From a virus (taxonomy: Duplodnaviria > Heunggongvirae > Uroviricota > Caudoviricetes), in the IMG/VR virus record IMGVR_UViG_3300042868_009434: a DNA stretch of 64,000 nucleotides, one strand, 5' to 3'. Of the stretch, positions 28,686-36,266 are shown one piece after another (the first letter of the stretch is position 1; each line of letters starts with the position of its first letter). The position numbers and the translations under genes were made by a program. Below the pieces are notes generated by a model that saw only the letters and a program-made list of their open reading frames with translations, was not told the DNA's origin and made no database searches.

Positions 28686-29283
28686 TATCTAATATGTTAG
28701 GGTAATACAATAAGGTTGGGTTCTTTTTTTGGATGTCAACATCCGGGTATTTGTCTTTAAATTCCATAACATTGAATTTACTTGTGATTAAATGATACCC
28801 ATTTTTAGTTGGAACTACTTTTTCAACTTTATCTCCTAAAGGTAAAATATACATCAAATCCATAGTAATATCTCTAAGGAATTTTTTGTCCTTAGTATCA
28901 ATATCCACAATCCATCTTTTTTCTTGAGTCTTAATTTGACCAACAACAGAATCAAATAATCCTTTTTGGTTTTGAGCTCCGTTTTTAATTCTTTCGGCCA
29001 AAGTTGACAACATATCCAACGACACATCACGATGATTTTGTTTTTGAACATGGATGTATGCACGAGCTTTAAACATCTCACAAAGTTGTTTAATCTCATC
29101 ATATCTTCTATCAAGATGTTCAAGACTATCAACGCAGTAAGTCTTAATGGTTCTTACTGATTGGTGATTATCTCTTTCACCTTCAGGTTGGTCCTTTTTT
29201 CTCTTGAACACGTACAACATATAGAAGTCACCCGGTTCGGTGAAGTTCAATAAAGATTTTACTACGTCAATATTATCTATCAT
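28675..29283 (-). CDS. Hypothetical protein, 202 aa
   Basis: ORF only. Confidence 0.45.
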   Translation of the reverse strand: MIDNIDVVKSLLNFTEPGDFYMLYVFKRKKDQPEGERDNHQSVRTIKTYCVDSLEHLDRRYDEIKQLCEMFKARAYIHVQKQNHRDVSLDMLSTLAERIKNGAQNQKGLFDSVVGQIKTQEKRWIVDIDTKDKKFLRDITMDLMYILPLGDKVEKVVPTKNGYHLITSKFNVMEFKDKYPDVDIQKKNPTLLYYPNILDNGN

Positions 29284-29329
29284 ATCTTCTAATTTTTGAC
29301 AAAGATAATCATTATTTCTAATCTAACCA

Positions 29330-29358
29330 ATAAAAAACCCCCAATTTTCATTGAGGGT
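29330..29358 (-). terminator. Strong rho-independent terminator closing the minus-strand tRNA island
   Basis: On the minus strand, ccctcaat-gaaa-attggggg is followed by T7. Confidence 0.6.
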
Positions 29359-29399
29359 TAACAAATTCAAAAAATATCAATTAAATACAAAAAAAATTG

Positions 29400-29474
29400 T
29401 GTCCTCGGCAGGCATCGAACCTGCATATCTCTCGGTTATGAGCCGAGCGCCTTCACCAATTTAGCTACAAGGAC
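29400..29474 (-). tRNA. tRNA-Met/Ile2 (anticodon CAT)
   Basis: Hand-folded: acceptor gtccttg/cgaggac, anticodon loop ctCATaa, T-arm gcaggttcgatgcctgc. Confidence 0.55.
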
Positions 29475-29564
29475 AAAAATTAGGTTTTGGTGTAAACACC
29501 CTACATGACTTTAACCTAAAAAGTACACTGAGTAATTTAAAACCCCCAGCGGTTTAATTGTGAC

Positions 29565-29792
29565 CTATTGGTGGTTCTTAATGTACCTACCAAATTTATC
29601 CACCCTCACAGAGAGTTTCTCCAATCTAAAGTTCCATTGTTTGAACTTTCCTAAGCCGGTTCTTAACCTTGCTTGTTTAATTGCAGATTCCTCTGCCTTT
29701 TCACGTCCTTCTTCTGTGGTTTCCACAAAAAAAGTGGGAGCCTGAACACCGTTTCTAACGGGAACTACTCTCCAAATTCTCAATTTCTGAGT
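29565..29792 (-). CDS. Hypothetical small basic protein
   Basis: ORF MTQKLRIWRVVPVRNG...; a weak S21-like pattern was not accepted. Confidence 0.25.
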   Translation of the reverse strand, partial: TQKLRIWRVVPVRNGVQAPTFFVETTEEGREKAEESAIKQARLRTGLGKFKQWNFRLEKLSVRVDKFGRYIKNHQ

Positions 29793-29985
29793 CATAATAC
29801 TTGAACTAATCAAGTACTACGAGGAGTTGGGTTTTTGGTTTTTCATATTGATAATTTACACATTTTCTAATTAAAAGAAATATCAAACATTTGGTGGTCT
29901 ATCACCTCACATTTTCAACGGGTCCAATTTTATGTGTGCCTCACGGGTTTACTTCTGCAATGTCGCTTTAATGTTTGGTATTTTG

Positions 29986-30065
29986 TATCCCCGGTGAGAG
30001 TCGAACTCACATGCCTGAGCAACAAGTCTTAAGCCTGTCGTGTATACCAGTTTCACCACGGGGAT
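29986..30065 (-). tRNA. tRNA-Leu (anticodon TAA), type II
   Basis: Acceptor atccccg/cggggat, anticodon arm acagg-cttaaga-cttgt, long variable arm, T-arm gtgagttcgactctcac. Confidence 0.6.
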
Positions 30066-30071
30066 ATTTTG

Positions 30072-30154
30072 AGCTTCCGATTGGATTCGAACCAACGTGA
30101 CCTTTCGGTTCCTGATTACAAATCAGGTGCAATCAACCTCTATGCGACGGAAGC
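30072..30154 (-). tRNA. Atypical type-II tRNA; anticodon loop uuUGUaa (nominal UGU/Thr) with a 14-nt variable arm
   Basis: Acceptor gcttccg/cggaagc, 3-bp D-stem, anticodon stem cctga/tcagg, T-arm gttggttcgaatccaat. Confidence 0.4.
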
Positions 30155-30421
30155 CTGTTTACATTATCACTTCGGCCACATTGGGAGAACCGCAGTTCCC
30201 ACGTTGTTTAAGGAGGTAGTTGGCGGTGTATCACACCGAGTTATGATAATGTATATTTTTACACATCCCTCAAGATGGGGATAACATTGCCCAGAGTACG
30301 ACCTCACAGACTATTATCATACTCAACAAACATAACACTTCTTGTAGTGTTGTAATGAATTTTTTTTCCCCTGTGTTCAATACACCGAATTACTTGTTTG
30401 CCTTTCTATGTGTAAATTTTG

Positions 30422-30496
30422 TACCCACGGTGAGAGTCGAACTCACAAAATCTTCTGAGCCTAAATCAGACGGCTTTCCCGTTTGCCCACGAGGGT
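30422..30496 (-). tRNA. Atypical tRNA-like gene, anticodon UAG with G37 and a short variable arm; shares its T-arm with tRNA-Leu(TAA)
   Basis: Acceptor accctcg/cgtgggt with one U-U mismatch, anticodon arm tctga-tttaggc-tcaga, T-arm gtgagttcgactctcac. Confidence 0.35.
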
Positions 30497-30498
30497 AA

Positions 30499-31167
30499 TT
30501 ATTTTTTTTCGTATGACTTAATCCATTTACGAATTGAATTGTCTGACACACCATATTTTCTACCTGTACCAACATAACCTAATTCACTAATCTCTTTGAT
30601 TAAAACATTATAATCAGGTCGACTAATTTTTTTAGATTTTTCAAATTTACAATCTAAACAAGTTATTGCCTTATCAGAAATTAAATTACCACAATCACAT
30701 TTTTTTGTTTTTTTTATTATAATTTCTTTAACATTTTTTCTACCTGAATAATTATCGGTAATTGAATGACAATTTGGACATAATATTTGTAAATTATTTA
30801 ATTGATTATTAAATCTATTTCCGTCTATATGATGTAATTCTAATGATATTTTATTTTCTAACCATTTATCTAACCCACAATTTTCACATCTATGTTCTTT
30901 AATCCCATCCTCAATTAATTTAACCCTTAATTTGTGTGAATTTATACTATCACAACTTTCAATGTAATCTAAAGCGGTTCTTCGTTTAGAATCTGTTTTT
31001 TTACCTCTTAATCCTTGATTTCCCGAATAATCTATTTCTAACTTTTTCAAATAACTCTCTAAAGTAGATGGTCGACAATTTAATACCTTACATATTGACG
31101 ATTTTGATTCGTTATTTTGAATCATAGTGATAATGTGTTCTTTTTTTTCTAATATGTCTATTCTCAT
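30499..31167 (-). CDS. HNH homing endonuclease
   Basis: The HNH segment CENCGLDKW...LHHIDGN...NLQILCPNCHS is present, along with additional Cys pairs, a zinc ribbon and an HTH-like C-terminus. It lies within the tRNA island. Confidence 0.8.
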   Translation of the reverse strand: MRIDILEKKEHIITMIQNNESKSSICKVLNCRPSTLESYLKKLEIDYSGNQGLRGKKTDSKRRTALDYIESCDSINSHKLRVKLIEDGIKEHRCENCGLDKWLENKISLELHHIDGNRFNNQLNNLQILCPNCHSITDNYSGRKNVKEIIIKKTKKCDCGNLISDKAITCLDCKFEKSKKISRPDYNVLIKEISELGYVGTGRKYGVSDNSIRKWIKSYEKK

Positions 31168-31239
31168 AATACTTTCTTTATATTATAAATATAACATACT
31201 TGTTAAAAAACTAAACAACAAGTATAACATTTTTATTTG

Positions 31240-31311
31240 TACCCTCAATAGGACTCGAACCTATATCAAAACATTAGAAGTGTCTTATTCTATCCCTTGA
31301 ACTATGAAGGC
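31240..31311 (-). tRNA. tRNA-Arg (anticodon TCT)
   Basis: Anticodon arm agaca-cttctaa-tgttt, T-arm ataggttcgagtcctat, acceptor gccttca/tgagggt with G-U pairs. Confidence 0.55.
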
Positions 31312-31318
31312 GGTTTGG

Positions 31319-31390
31319 AGCAGATAGAGAGAATCGAACTCTCGTTTCAAGATTGGAAGTCTGGAGTAATAACCATTATACGATATCTGC
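31319..31390 (-). tRNA. tRNA-Gly (anticodon TCC)
   Basis: Acceptor gcagata/tatctgc, anticodon loop cttccaa, T-arm gagagttcgattctctc. Confidence 0.55.
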
Positions 31391-31470
31391 AGATTTGGGT
31401 AGAATCAGACGCGTTCTGTCTACCGGGACCTCGTCGTTGACTTTCATCAGAGCGGACCAAGACACATTTG
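31391..31470. other. Unresolved 80-nt structured spacer between tRNA-Gly and tRNA-Met
   Basis: Contains the hairpin ggtaga..tctacc and CUGAUGA-like and gcggacc segments. No tRNA fold was found by eye. Confidence 0.2.
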
Positions 31471-31542
31471 TAGCGGGAGAAGGATTCGAACCTCCGACCT
31501 AGAGGTTATGAGCCTCCCGAGCTACCTCTGCTCTATCCCGCA
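31471..31542 (-). tRNA. tRNA-Met (anticodon CAT), second copy; U1-U72 mismatch suggests a possible initiator
   Basis: D-arm gagc-agaggta-gctc, anticodon arm ggagg-ctcataa-cctct, T-arm ggaggttcgaatccttc. Confidence 0.55.
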
Positions 31543-31548
31543 ATTTGT

Positions 31549-31618
31549 TGCAAATCTCAGGAATTGAACCTGATTAAGTCGGCTTATGAGACCGATGAGA
31601 TACCTTACCTCCCGACTG
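31549..31618 (-). pseudogene. tRNA-like element with a CAT anticodon arm and an intact T-arm but a non-pairing acceptor stem
   Basis: D-arm gag..ctc, anticodon arm tcggt-ctcataa-gccga and T-arm tcaggttcaattcctga are present. The acceptor 5-prime strand cagtcgg does not pair with the 3-prime strand gatttgc. Confidence 0.3.
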
Positions 31619-31632
31619 CTGTGTATTATTTA

Positions 31633-31707
31633 TGGCGGTCTATGAGAGAATCGAACTCTCATCTCTACCGTGACAGGGTAGCATCCTAGCCGTTGAACGA
31701 ATAGACC
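31633..31707 (-). tRNA. tRNA-Asp (anticodon GTC) with encoded CCA
   Basis: Acceptor ggtctat/atagacc-g-CCA, anticodon arm ctacc-ctgtcac-ggtag, T-arm gagagttcgattctctc. Confidence 0.7.
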
Positions 31708-31806
31708 AAAATTTCAATTCAAAGGTGACAATCCTATAACAATTGAAGGAGAAAGAACCGTGTTTCCCGGGTAGTGACTTCCCGTATTCTGTCTTTCTGT
31801 TTTTTG

Positions 31807-31878
31807 TGGAGCTATGGAGAATCGAACTCCAATTTATGATTTGCAAAACCATAGTAATTGCCGTTATACTATAACCCC
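31807..31878 (-). tRNA. tRNA-Ala (anticodon TGC) with G3-U70
   Basis: Acceptor ggggtta/tagctcc includes the G3·U70 identity pair. Anticodon arm atggt-tttgcaa-atcat. Confidence 0.7.
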
Positions 31879-31884
31879 TTCTTG

Positions 31885-31956
31885 TACTGCCACGGAGAAT
31901 CGAACTCCGATTTTATGGATGAAAACCATATGTCCTGACCGTTAGACGATGGCAGC
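31885..31956 (-). tRNA. tRNA-Glu (anticodon TTC)
   Basis: Acceptor gctgcca/tggcagt, anticodon arm tatgg-ttttcat-ccata, T-arm cggagttcgattctccg. Confidence 0.65.
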
Positions 31957-32012
31957 GTGTGTATTACCAATATTTCAAATAACTTGTTTCTGTTTGATGG
32001 TACAAAGATAAT
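31957..32012 (-). promoter_or_regulatory. Promoter-like repeat copy A immediately upstream of the tRNA-Glu 5-prime end
   Basis: The minus strand reads ..cTTTGTaCcaTCAAAcAgAAacaaGTTATTTGAAATATTGGTAAtacacac before the tRNA. A 20-nt segment is identical to copy B at 36207-36266. A Bacteroidota-like -33 TTTG and a -7 TAtTTG element are present. Confidence 0.45.
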
Positions 32013-32434
32013 ACTTTATTTTAATCTACCAAACTTTATCCTTTTTCTTCTTCAGTTTCTTCTACATCAACTAAAATGTATTCTGACCCTAAGATTGGTG
32101 AATAAACCAATTCTAATTTTTGATACGTTGTATCGTTTGTTTCTTGTCCTTCCATCTTTAAATTTGTTTCGACAAAGGTAATCATTTTTTTCAAACTACC
32201 AAACATAATGTAAAAAAAAAATCCACCTCTTTTGGAGATGGATTTTATTATATTATTAATTACTTAACTATACATCATACCATCTCCGTCCAAGTTGTAT
32301 CTCTACCCTCGGCTCCTATCGTAAGTAATAATGTATTTAAAGTTTGCATTTGTTGTGTTATTGTAATTTTCTAATAAATATAGTCCTTTTTATAAAAGTG
32401 TCAAGTATTGGTAAGATTTATTTTTAATTTTGGG

Positions 32435-32520
32435 ATAATGATAGGATTCGAACCTATAACCTATACCGACCACATTGTCGGCTGCACGTCCAATTGTGCT
32501 TCAAAATCCATATTTCTTCA
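32435..32520 (-). other. Unresolved tRNA-like element; a canonical T-arm is present but the body is not foldable by eye
   Basis: T-arm ataggttcgaatcctat, with a hairpin ccgac-aatgtg-gtcgg that resembles a variable arm. A possible 5-prime acceptor lies about 60 nt further upstream. Confidence 0.2.
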
Positions 32521-32581
32521 GGAGAGACCCTCAAGGGATAACCATAACGGAATTACCCTTGACTCACTCTCCGTCTTCTTG

Positions 32582-32652
32582 CACACCGCCAAGGACTCGA
32601 ACCCTGAACTTTGAGGTTGGAACTCAAAATGATACCATTTCACCAACGATGT
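32582..32652 (-). tRNA. tRNA-Trp (anticodon CCA)
   Basis: Anticodon arm ttgag-ttccaac-ctcaa, T-arm cagggttcgagtccttg, acceptor acatcgt/gcggtgt with G-U pairs. Confidence 0.55.
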
Positions 32653-32744
32653 ATGTATAAAAACACCCGACCTGACCTGCCAGATAGTACGTGTCGTAGC
32701 GCTTTCGTTACGTAGCGGATGTTTTAATTTTTAAGATTATTACT

Positions 32745-32838
32745 ACGGGACTCGAACCCGTATCCACTTAACTAATATAAGCCTGTTATCCCAAGGTGGT
32801 ATTCATTCCCACTTACACCAAGCAATAATCTTTAAATT
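32745..32838 (-). other. Unresolved elongated tRNA-like element next to an HNH gene
   Basis: T-arm acgggttcgagtcccgt. An acceptor pairing tattgct/agtaata is possible, but the anticodon arm is not evident. Confidence 0.2.
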
Positions 32839-32875
32839 CCGTACAAAAGTACAAAATGATTTTTAATCCACCAAA

Positions 32876-33382
32876 TTAAAAAAACAAATAATCATTCCAT
32901 TCTTCCGGAATATAATGAACTTGTTTAATCATCATCAAATAGTGTGGTCGTCTTGGTTGTGGAATTTCTTTACCATATTCTTCCAATGTCAAATTGGACT
33001 TCTCACTATTACATTTCTTACAAGCGGTTACCAAATTATCCCAAGCGTCTTTACCTCCTTTAGACTGCGGTATTACGTGGTCTAATGTCAATGTCTTACG
33101 ATTTTCACATCCACAATAAACACAGGAGTAATTATCTCTACGATAAACATTCTCTCTACTTAAAGGAACTTTATGAATCGGTTGATTCACATATTTGAAA
33201 ACCCTTATGATTGAAGGTTTCTTAATATCTAATTCAGGATTGATTAGATTAAATGATTCCGGATGTTCGGCAACGACACTCGCATTACCCTTATAAGTTA
33301 TTACAAAAGCCCTTTCAGTGTTTATGATAGACCTTGGCATATAACTTGAATCCAAAACCAACGTTTTTCCGTACTTACTCAC
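32876..33382 (-). CDS. HNH homing endonuclease
   Basis: CVYCGCENRKTLTLDHVIPQSKGGKDAWDNLVTACKKCNSEKSN. Confidence 0.8.
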   Translation of the reverse strand: MSKYGKTLVLDSSYMPRSIINTERAFVITYKGNASVVAEHPESFNLINPELDIKKPSIIRVFKYVNQPIHKVPLSRENVYRRDNYSCVYCGCENRKTLTLDHVIPQSKGGKDAWDNLVTACKKCNSEKSNLTLEEYGKEIPQPRRPHYLMMIKQVHYIPEEWNDYLFF

Positions 33383-33416
33383 GACTTTTGATTTATTAGT
33401 TAAACATTTTTTTTTG

Positions 33417-33491
33417 TGACTCCGGTGGGACTCGAACCCACGATTTTCTCATTAAAAGTGAGAAGCCTTAATCCATCTTGGCCACGAAGTC
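33417..33491 (-). tRNA. tRNA-Lys (anticodon TTT)
   Basis: Acceptor gacttcg/cggagtc, anticodon arm tctca-cttttaa-tgaga, T-arm gtgggttcgagtcccac. Confidence 0.6.
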
Positions 33492-33574
33492 AATTTGAGC
33501 TCATTCTACCTTAACATTGGGCTCAAAATCTCACATATTTGAGCTTAATAATTATGGTTTGTGAGCCACATTTG

Positions 33575-33648
33575 TCGGTACTATAGGAATCGAACCTATA
33601 ACCTCTCACGTATCAGGCGAGTGCTCTAACCAATTGAGCTAAGTACCG
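33575..33648 (-). tRNA. tRNA-Ile (anticodon GAT)
   Basis: D-arm gctc-aattggtta-gagc, anticodon arm ctcgc-ctgatac-gtgag, T-arm ataggttcgattcctat. Confidence 0.6.
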
Positions 33649-33653
33649 GGTCG

Positions 33654-33726
33654 TCGGGTAGACTGGACTCGAACCAGCGTTCTCTACATCCCAAATGTAG
33701 CGGATTACCAACTTTCCTACTACCCG
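33654..33726 (-). tRNA. tRNA-Pro (anticodon TGG)
   Basis: Acceptor cgggtag/ctacccg, anticodon arm ctaca-tttggga-tgtag with G37. Confidence 0.65.
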
Positions 33727-33730
33727 TATT

Positions 33731-33931
33731 TTATTTCACTTCTCGATAAACATTAATTTTATTACCATTTTTAGTGATAAAAGAACCTGTTTCATACCAA
33801 AGTTTTTCTTGTTCCTCTCTTTTTTCAATAATAACCTTAACTCGGTTTATTGTTTCTTGATTAGGACTTGTGTCTATTGTATAAGGAATATTGTTAATTT
33901 CCATATACTTAATGTATTCATTTGTTTCCAT
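33731..33931 (-). CDS. Hypothetical small protein inside the tRNA island
   Basis: 66-aa ORF. Confidence 0.3.
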   Translation of the reverse strand: METNEYIKYMEINNIPYTIDTSPNQETINRVKVIIEKREEQEKLWYETGSFITKNGNKINVYREVK

Positions 33932-33944
33932 ATTCCTTTTTTTG

Positions 33945-34031
33945 CGGAGAACAAGGGAATCGAACCCTCACCGGTTTTACCCGGAACATCTTAGCAGGAT
34001 GCCACTACAAACCAATATTAGACTATTCTCC
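33945..34031 (-). tRNA. tRNA-Ser (anticodon GCT), type II
   Basis: Anticodon arm gcatc-ctgctaa-gatgt, variable arm ccgg-gtaaaa-ccgg, acceptor ggagaat/gttctcc. Confidence 0.55.
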
Positions 34032-34107
34032 ATTTTGTAGGATATCGCTTAACCTACGATGTTGATATCATTACACACCTTTGATATTACTATCAGCGAT
34101 TTTTTTG

Positions 34108-34179
34108 TAGTCTCTGAGGGAATCAAACCCCCACTCTAATATCCGTAGTATTATGTGCTATTCGTTACACCAAGAGACC
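34108..34179 (-). tRNA. tRNA-Arg (anticodon ACG)
   Basis: Acceptor ggtctct/agagact, anticodon arm taata-ctacgga-tatta, T-arm gggggtttgattccctc. Confidence 0.6.
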
Positions 34180-34626
34180 AATTTGAGGTTGAGAACTCCT
34201 CGTGTTGTGCAAATATAGACATAAACCCTTTCAAAATTTATAATCTCACCCGACTATTCCATTCCCCTCTCACGGGAACAACACATTAATTACTAATAAT
34301 ATCTTTATGTAAATCGGGATATTGCATAACCGTATCTAACATTTTTATTTACAAAGATATTATAATTTTACTTCCATTGAGTCTTTCGGTTGTATTTCCA
34401 AGTTTTATAACTTCTATACTTTACTGAAGAATGACCTTTTTTGAAGTTTAAACCTTCATCCCAATATGGTGGAAATTCCTCACGTAACCAAATTCTTCTG
34501 TAATCTTTGGAACAAGTTGCCTTGTTCAATTTCATTCTGTTTGTGTTTACACTCATAATCTCTGAGTCTGTTGTTTAGCAGACCTCAAAGATTATCCAAT
34601 ACTTTTTTCATAATATTTTTTTAATC

Positions 34627-34845
34627 TTATTTATGTTTTTCAACAAGATAGTTAATGTAATCGTCATATCCATCATCGTCTTCTTTTGGTTGGAAATCTT
34701 TATTTAATCGTTCCTCAAGTAACTCATAGGCGATTTTCATAACTTCTTGTTCTTTACCTTTTAATTGGGGGTTAGGAAGTAAAACGAATAATCCGACCAA
34801 ACCTTCTACCAACATTTTTTCACTTTCACTATACTGTCTTTTCAT
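34627..34845 (-). CDS. Hypothetical small protein inside the tRNA island
   Basis: 72-aa ORF. Confidence 0.3.
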   Translation of the reverse strand: MKRQYSESEKMLVEGLVGLFVLLPNPQLKGKEQEVMKIAYELLEERLNKDFQPKEDDDGYDDYINYLVEKHK

Positions 34846-34860
34846 AATATTTTAAATTTG

Positions 34861-34933
34861 GGTGACTAAGGAGAATCGAACTCCCATTTACAGAACCACA
34901 ATCTATCGTGTTAACCGTTACACTATAGCCACC
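34861..34933 (-). tRNA. tRNA-His (anticodon GTG) with G-1:C73
   Basis: An extra 5-prime G pairs with discriminator C. Acceptor gtggcta/tagtcac, D-stem gtgt/acac, anticodon arm ataga-ttgtggt-tctgt. Confidence 0.65.
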
Positions 34934-35040
34934 ATGTATAAACCTAATAATGTGGGTTTGAGATGTACCCTTTTCAACCCGCTTTCACACCCATCACTCC
35001 TAAAGAGCTGTCAGTATCGGATACCACATTTAAGGTTTTG

Positions 35041-35112
35041 TACTCTTGGAAGGAATTGAACCTTCTTTTCATTCTTATCAGGAATGTGTGCTAACCATTC
35101 TACTACAAGAGC
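35041..35112 (-). tRNA. tRNA with anticodon GAT (second Ile-like copy)
   Basis: Acceptor gctcttg/caagagt, anticodon arm cattc-ctgataa-gaatg, T-arm gaaggttcaattccttc. Confidence 0.45.
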
Positions 35113-35189
35113 AATTTTACCCCACTTCACCGGGTTAATGGACCGGCTGCCATATGGGAGTGGGGGTTTCCCGTTATATCGGGACTCCG

Positions 35190-35262
35190 TGGTACCGGTT
35201 GGAATCGAACCAACGACACACAGATTTTCAGTCTGTTGCTCTACCAACTGAGCTACGATACC
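35190..35262 (-). tRNA. tRNA-Phe (anticodon GAA)
   Basis: D-arm gctcagttggtagagc, anticodon arm acaga-ctgaaaa-tctgt, and variable plus T-arm gtgtcgttggttcgattccaac as in bacterial tRNA-Phe. Confidence 0.7.
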
Positions 35263-35322
35263 GGCTCCTGTATACCTTTGCAAAGGTGGTGGTAGTACAG
35301 ACACTATGATTCCACTATTCTG

Positions 35323-35394
35323 CTCTCCCGGGTGGACTCGAACCACCATAAATTGATTAACAGTCAACCGTAATAACCTTTATACGACAGAAGA
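35323..35394 (-). tRNA. tRNA-Asn (anticodon GTT)
   Basis: Anticodon arm gttga-ctgttaa-tcaat, T-arm ggtggttcgagtccacc. Confidence 0.6.
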
Positions 35395-35401
35395 ATTTTT
35401 G

Positions 35402-35474
35402 TGGGTCCTGTAGGAATCGAACCTACTCCTCTAGTTCTTCAGACTAGCGTACGCACCAGCTATACAAAAGACCC
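35402..35474 (-). tRNA. tRNA with anticodon GAA and G37 (second Phe-like copy, atypical)
   Basis: Acceptor gggtctt/aggaccc, anticodon arm ctagt-ctgaaga-actag, T-arm gtaggttcgattcctac. Confidence 0.4.
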
Positions 35475-35618
35475 AATAATGATAATGTTGGAGTACCCAT
35501 CTCGCTCCAATCTTAACTGCTTAATCGTAGTTTTACGAGGCCTCGGCAGGGGGTGCAGAATTCTTGAACCTATCTTGGATTGTCGACATCCGAGAGATAG
35601 AGAAAACCATTATCATAG

Positions 35619-35699
35619 TGGGCAGTAGTGGACTCGAACCACTCCCAAAAGGACCAGATTTACAGTCTGGCTGCCGTATCCGAACGACTTTTACTACCC
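35619..35699 (-). tRNA. tRNA-Tyr (anticodon GTA), type II
   Basis: Anticodon arm ccaga-ctgtaaa-tctgg matches the bacterial Tyr loop. Extended variable region; acceptor gggtagt/actgccc. Confidence 0.6.
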
Positions 35700-35705
35700 A
35701 ATTTG

Positions 35706-35776
35706 TACCTCGTAGTGGAATCGAACCACTTCCCTTTGCATGTAAAACAAATACGCTTCCGTTACGCCAACAAGGT
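35706..35776 (-). tRNA. tRNA-Val (anticodon TAC)
   Basis: Acceptor accttgt/acgaggt, anticodon arm tttgt-tttacat-gcaaa, T-arm agtggttcgattccact. Confidence 0.6.
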
Positions 35777-35837
35777 AATTTTGATTTTTTTAACTTTATA
35801 CTCAAACTTAAAGTTTAAAAACCTAACAACATAAAAC

Positions 35838-35965
35838 ATCAGTACCGAGAAATGGTATCGAGCCATTCTATAGTCGGATATGAGCCGTCTATGGTCACCT
35901 GACCCCTCGGCATTTTGGTGGACATAGATTCATCATCTATTCTTGGGTTTCCACCGAACCCGTTG
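35838..35965. other. Structured non-coding region with nested hairpins inside the tRNA island
   Basis: Hairpins ggtgg...ccacc, aatgg-tatcgag-ccatt and cacc..ggtg are present with no clean tRNA fold. Confidence 0.2.
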
Positions 35966-36037
35966 AGGTGATAGTAGGAATCGAACCCACCTAGCTGAGT
36001 TTGCAATCCAGCGCCTAAACCACTCGACCATATCACC
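35966..36037 (-). tRNA. tRNA-Cys (anticodon GCA)
   Basis: Acceptor ggtgata/tatcacc, anticodon loop ttgcaaa as in the bacterial Cys loop, T-arm gtgggttcgattcctac. Confidence 0.55.
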
Positions 36038-36044
36038 ATTTTTG

Positions 36045-36116
36045 TTACCCCTGAGAGAATCGAACTCCCCCCGCATGGACCAAAACCATGTGTACTAACC
36101 GATATACGAAGGGGCA
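36045..36116 (-). tRNA. tRNA-Gln (anticodon TTG)
   Basis: Anticodon arm catgg-ttttggt-ccatg, acceptor tgcccct/aggggta. Confidence 0.6.
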
Positions 36117-36122
36117 AAATTG

Positions 36123-36206
36123 AGGAAGACATGGGAATCGAACCCACAACGGTGTTACCCGCTACTTGTTTTCAAGACAAGCTCCTCGTCCATTCGGCCG
36201 CCTTCC
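36123..36206 (-). tRNA. tRNA-Ser (anticodon TGA), type II
   Basis: Anticodon arm cttgt-cttgaaa-acaag, long variable arm, acceptor ggaaggc/gtcttcc. Confidence 0.55.
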
Positions 36207-36266
36207 ATTTTGTTTACCAATATTTCAAATAACATATCCTTTATTTTGACGGGACAAAGGTAATCC
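36207..36266 (-). promoter_or_regulatory. Promoter-like repeat copy B immediately upstream of the first tRNA (Ser-TGA) of the island
   Basis: The minus strand reads ..cTTTGTcCcgTCAAAatAAAggataTGTTATTTGAAATATTGGTAAacaaaatgg before the tRNA. It shares GTTATTTGAAATATTGGTAA with copy A. Confidence 0.45.

Noticed and set aside
29565-29813. Ribosomal protein S21-like identity for the small basic ORF
   Set aside because: Some motif resemblance (TFFVETTEEGREKAEESAIKQARLR versus [20 protein letters not shown]), but the N-terminal S21 segment order does not match; kept as hypothetical.
31441-31460. CUGAUGA...GAAA hammerhead-ribozyme-like core
   Set aside because: No intervening stem II and no flanking helices I/III; coincidence in AT-rich spacer.
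35011-36147. ORFs 35011-35367 (-) and 35839-36147 (-) and the small plus ORFs across 35401-35834
   Set aside because: They overlap multiple well-folded tRNA genes; spurious.
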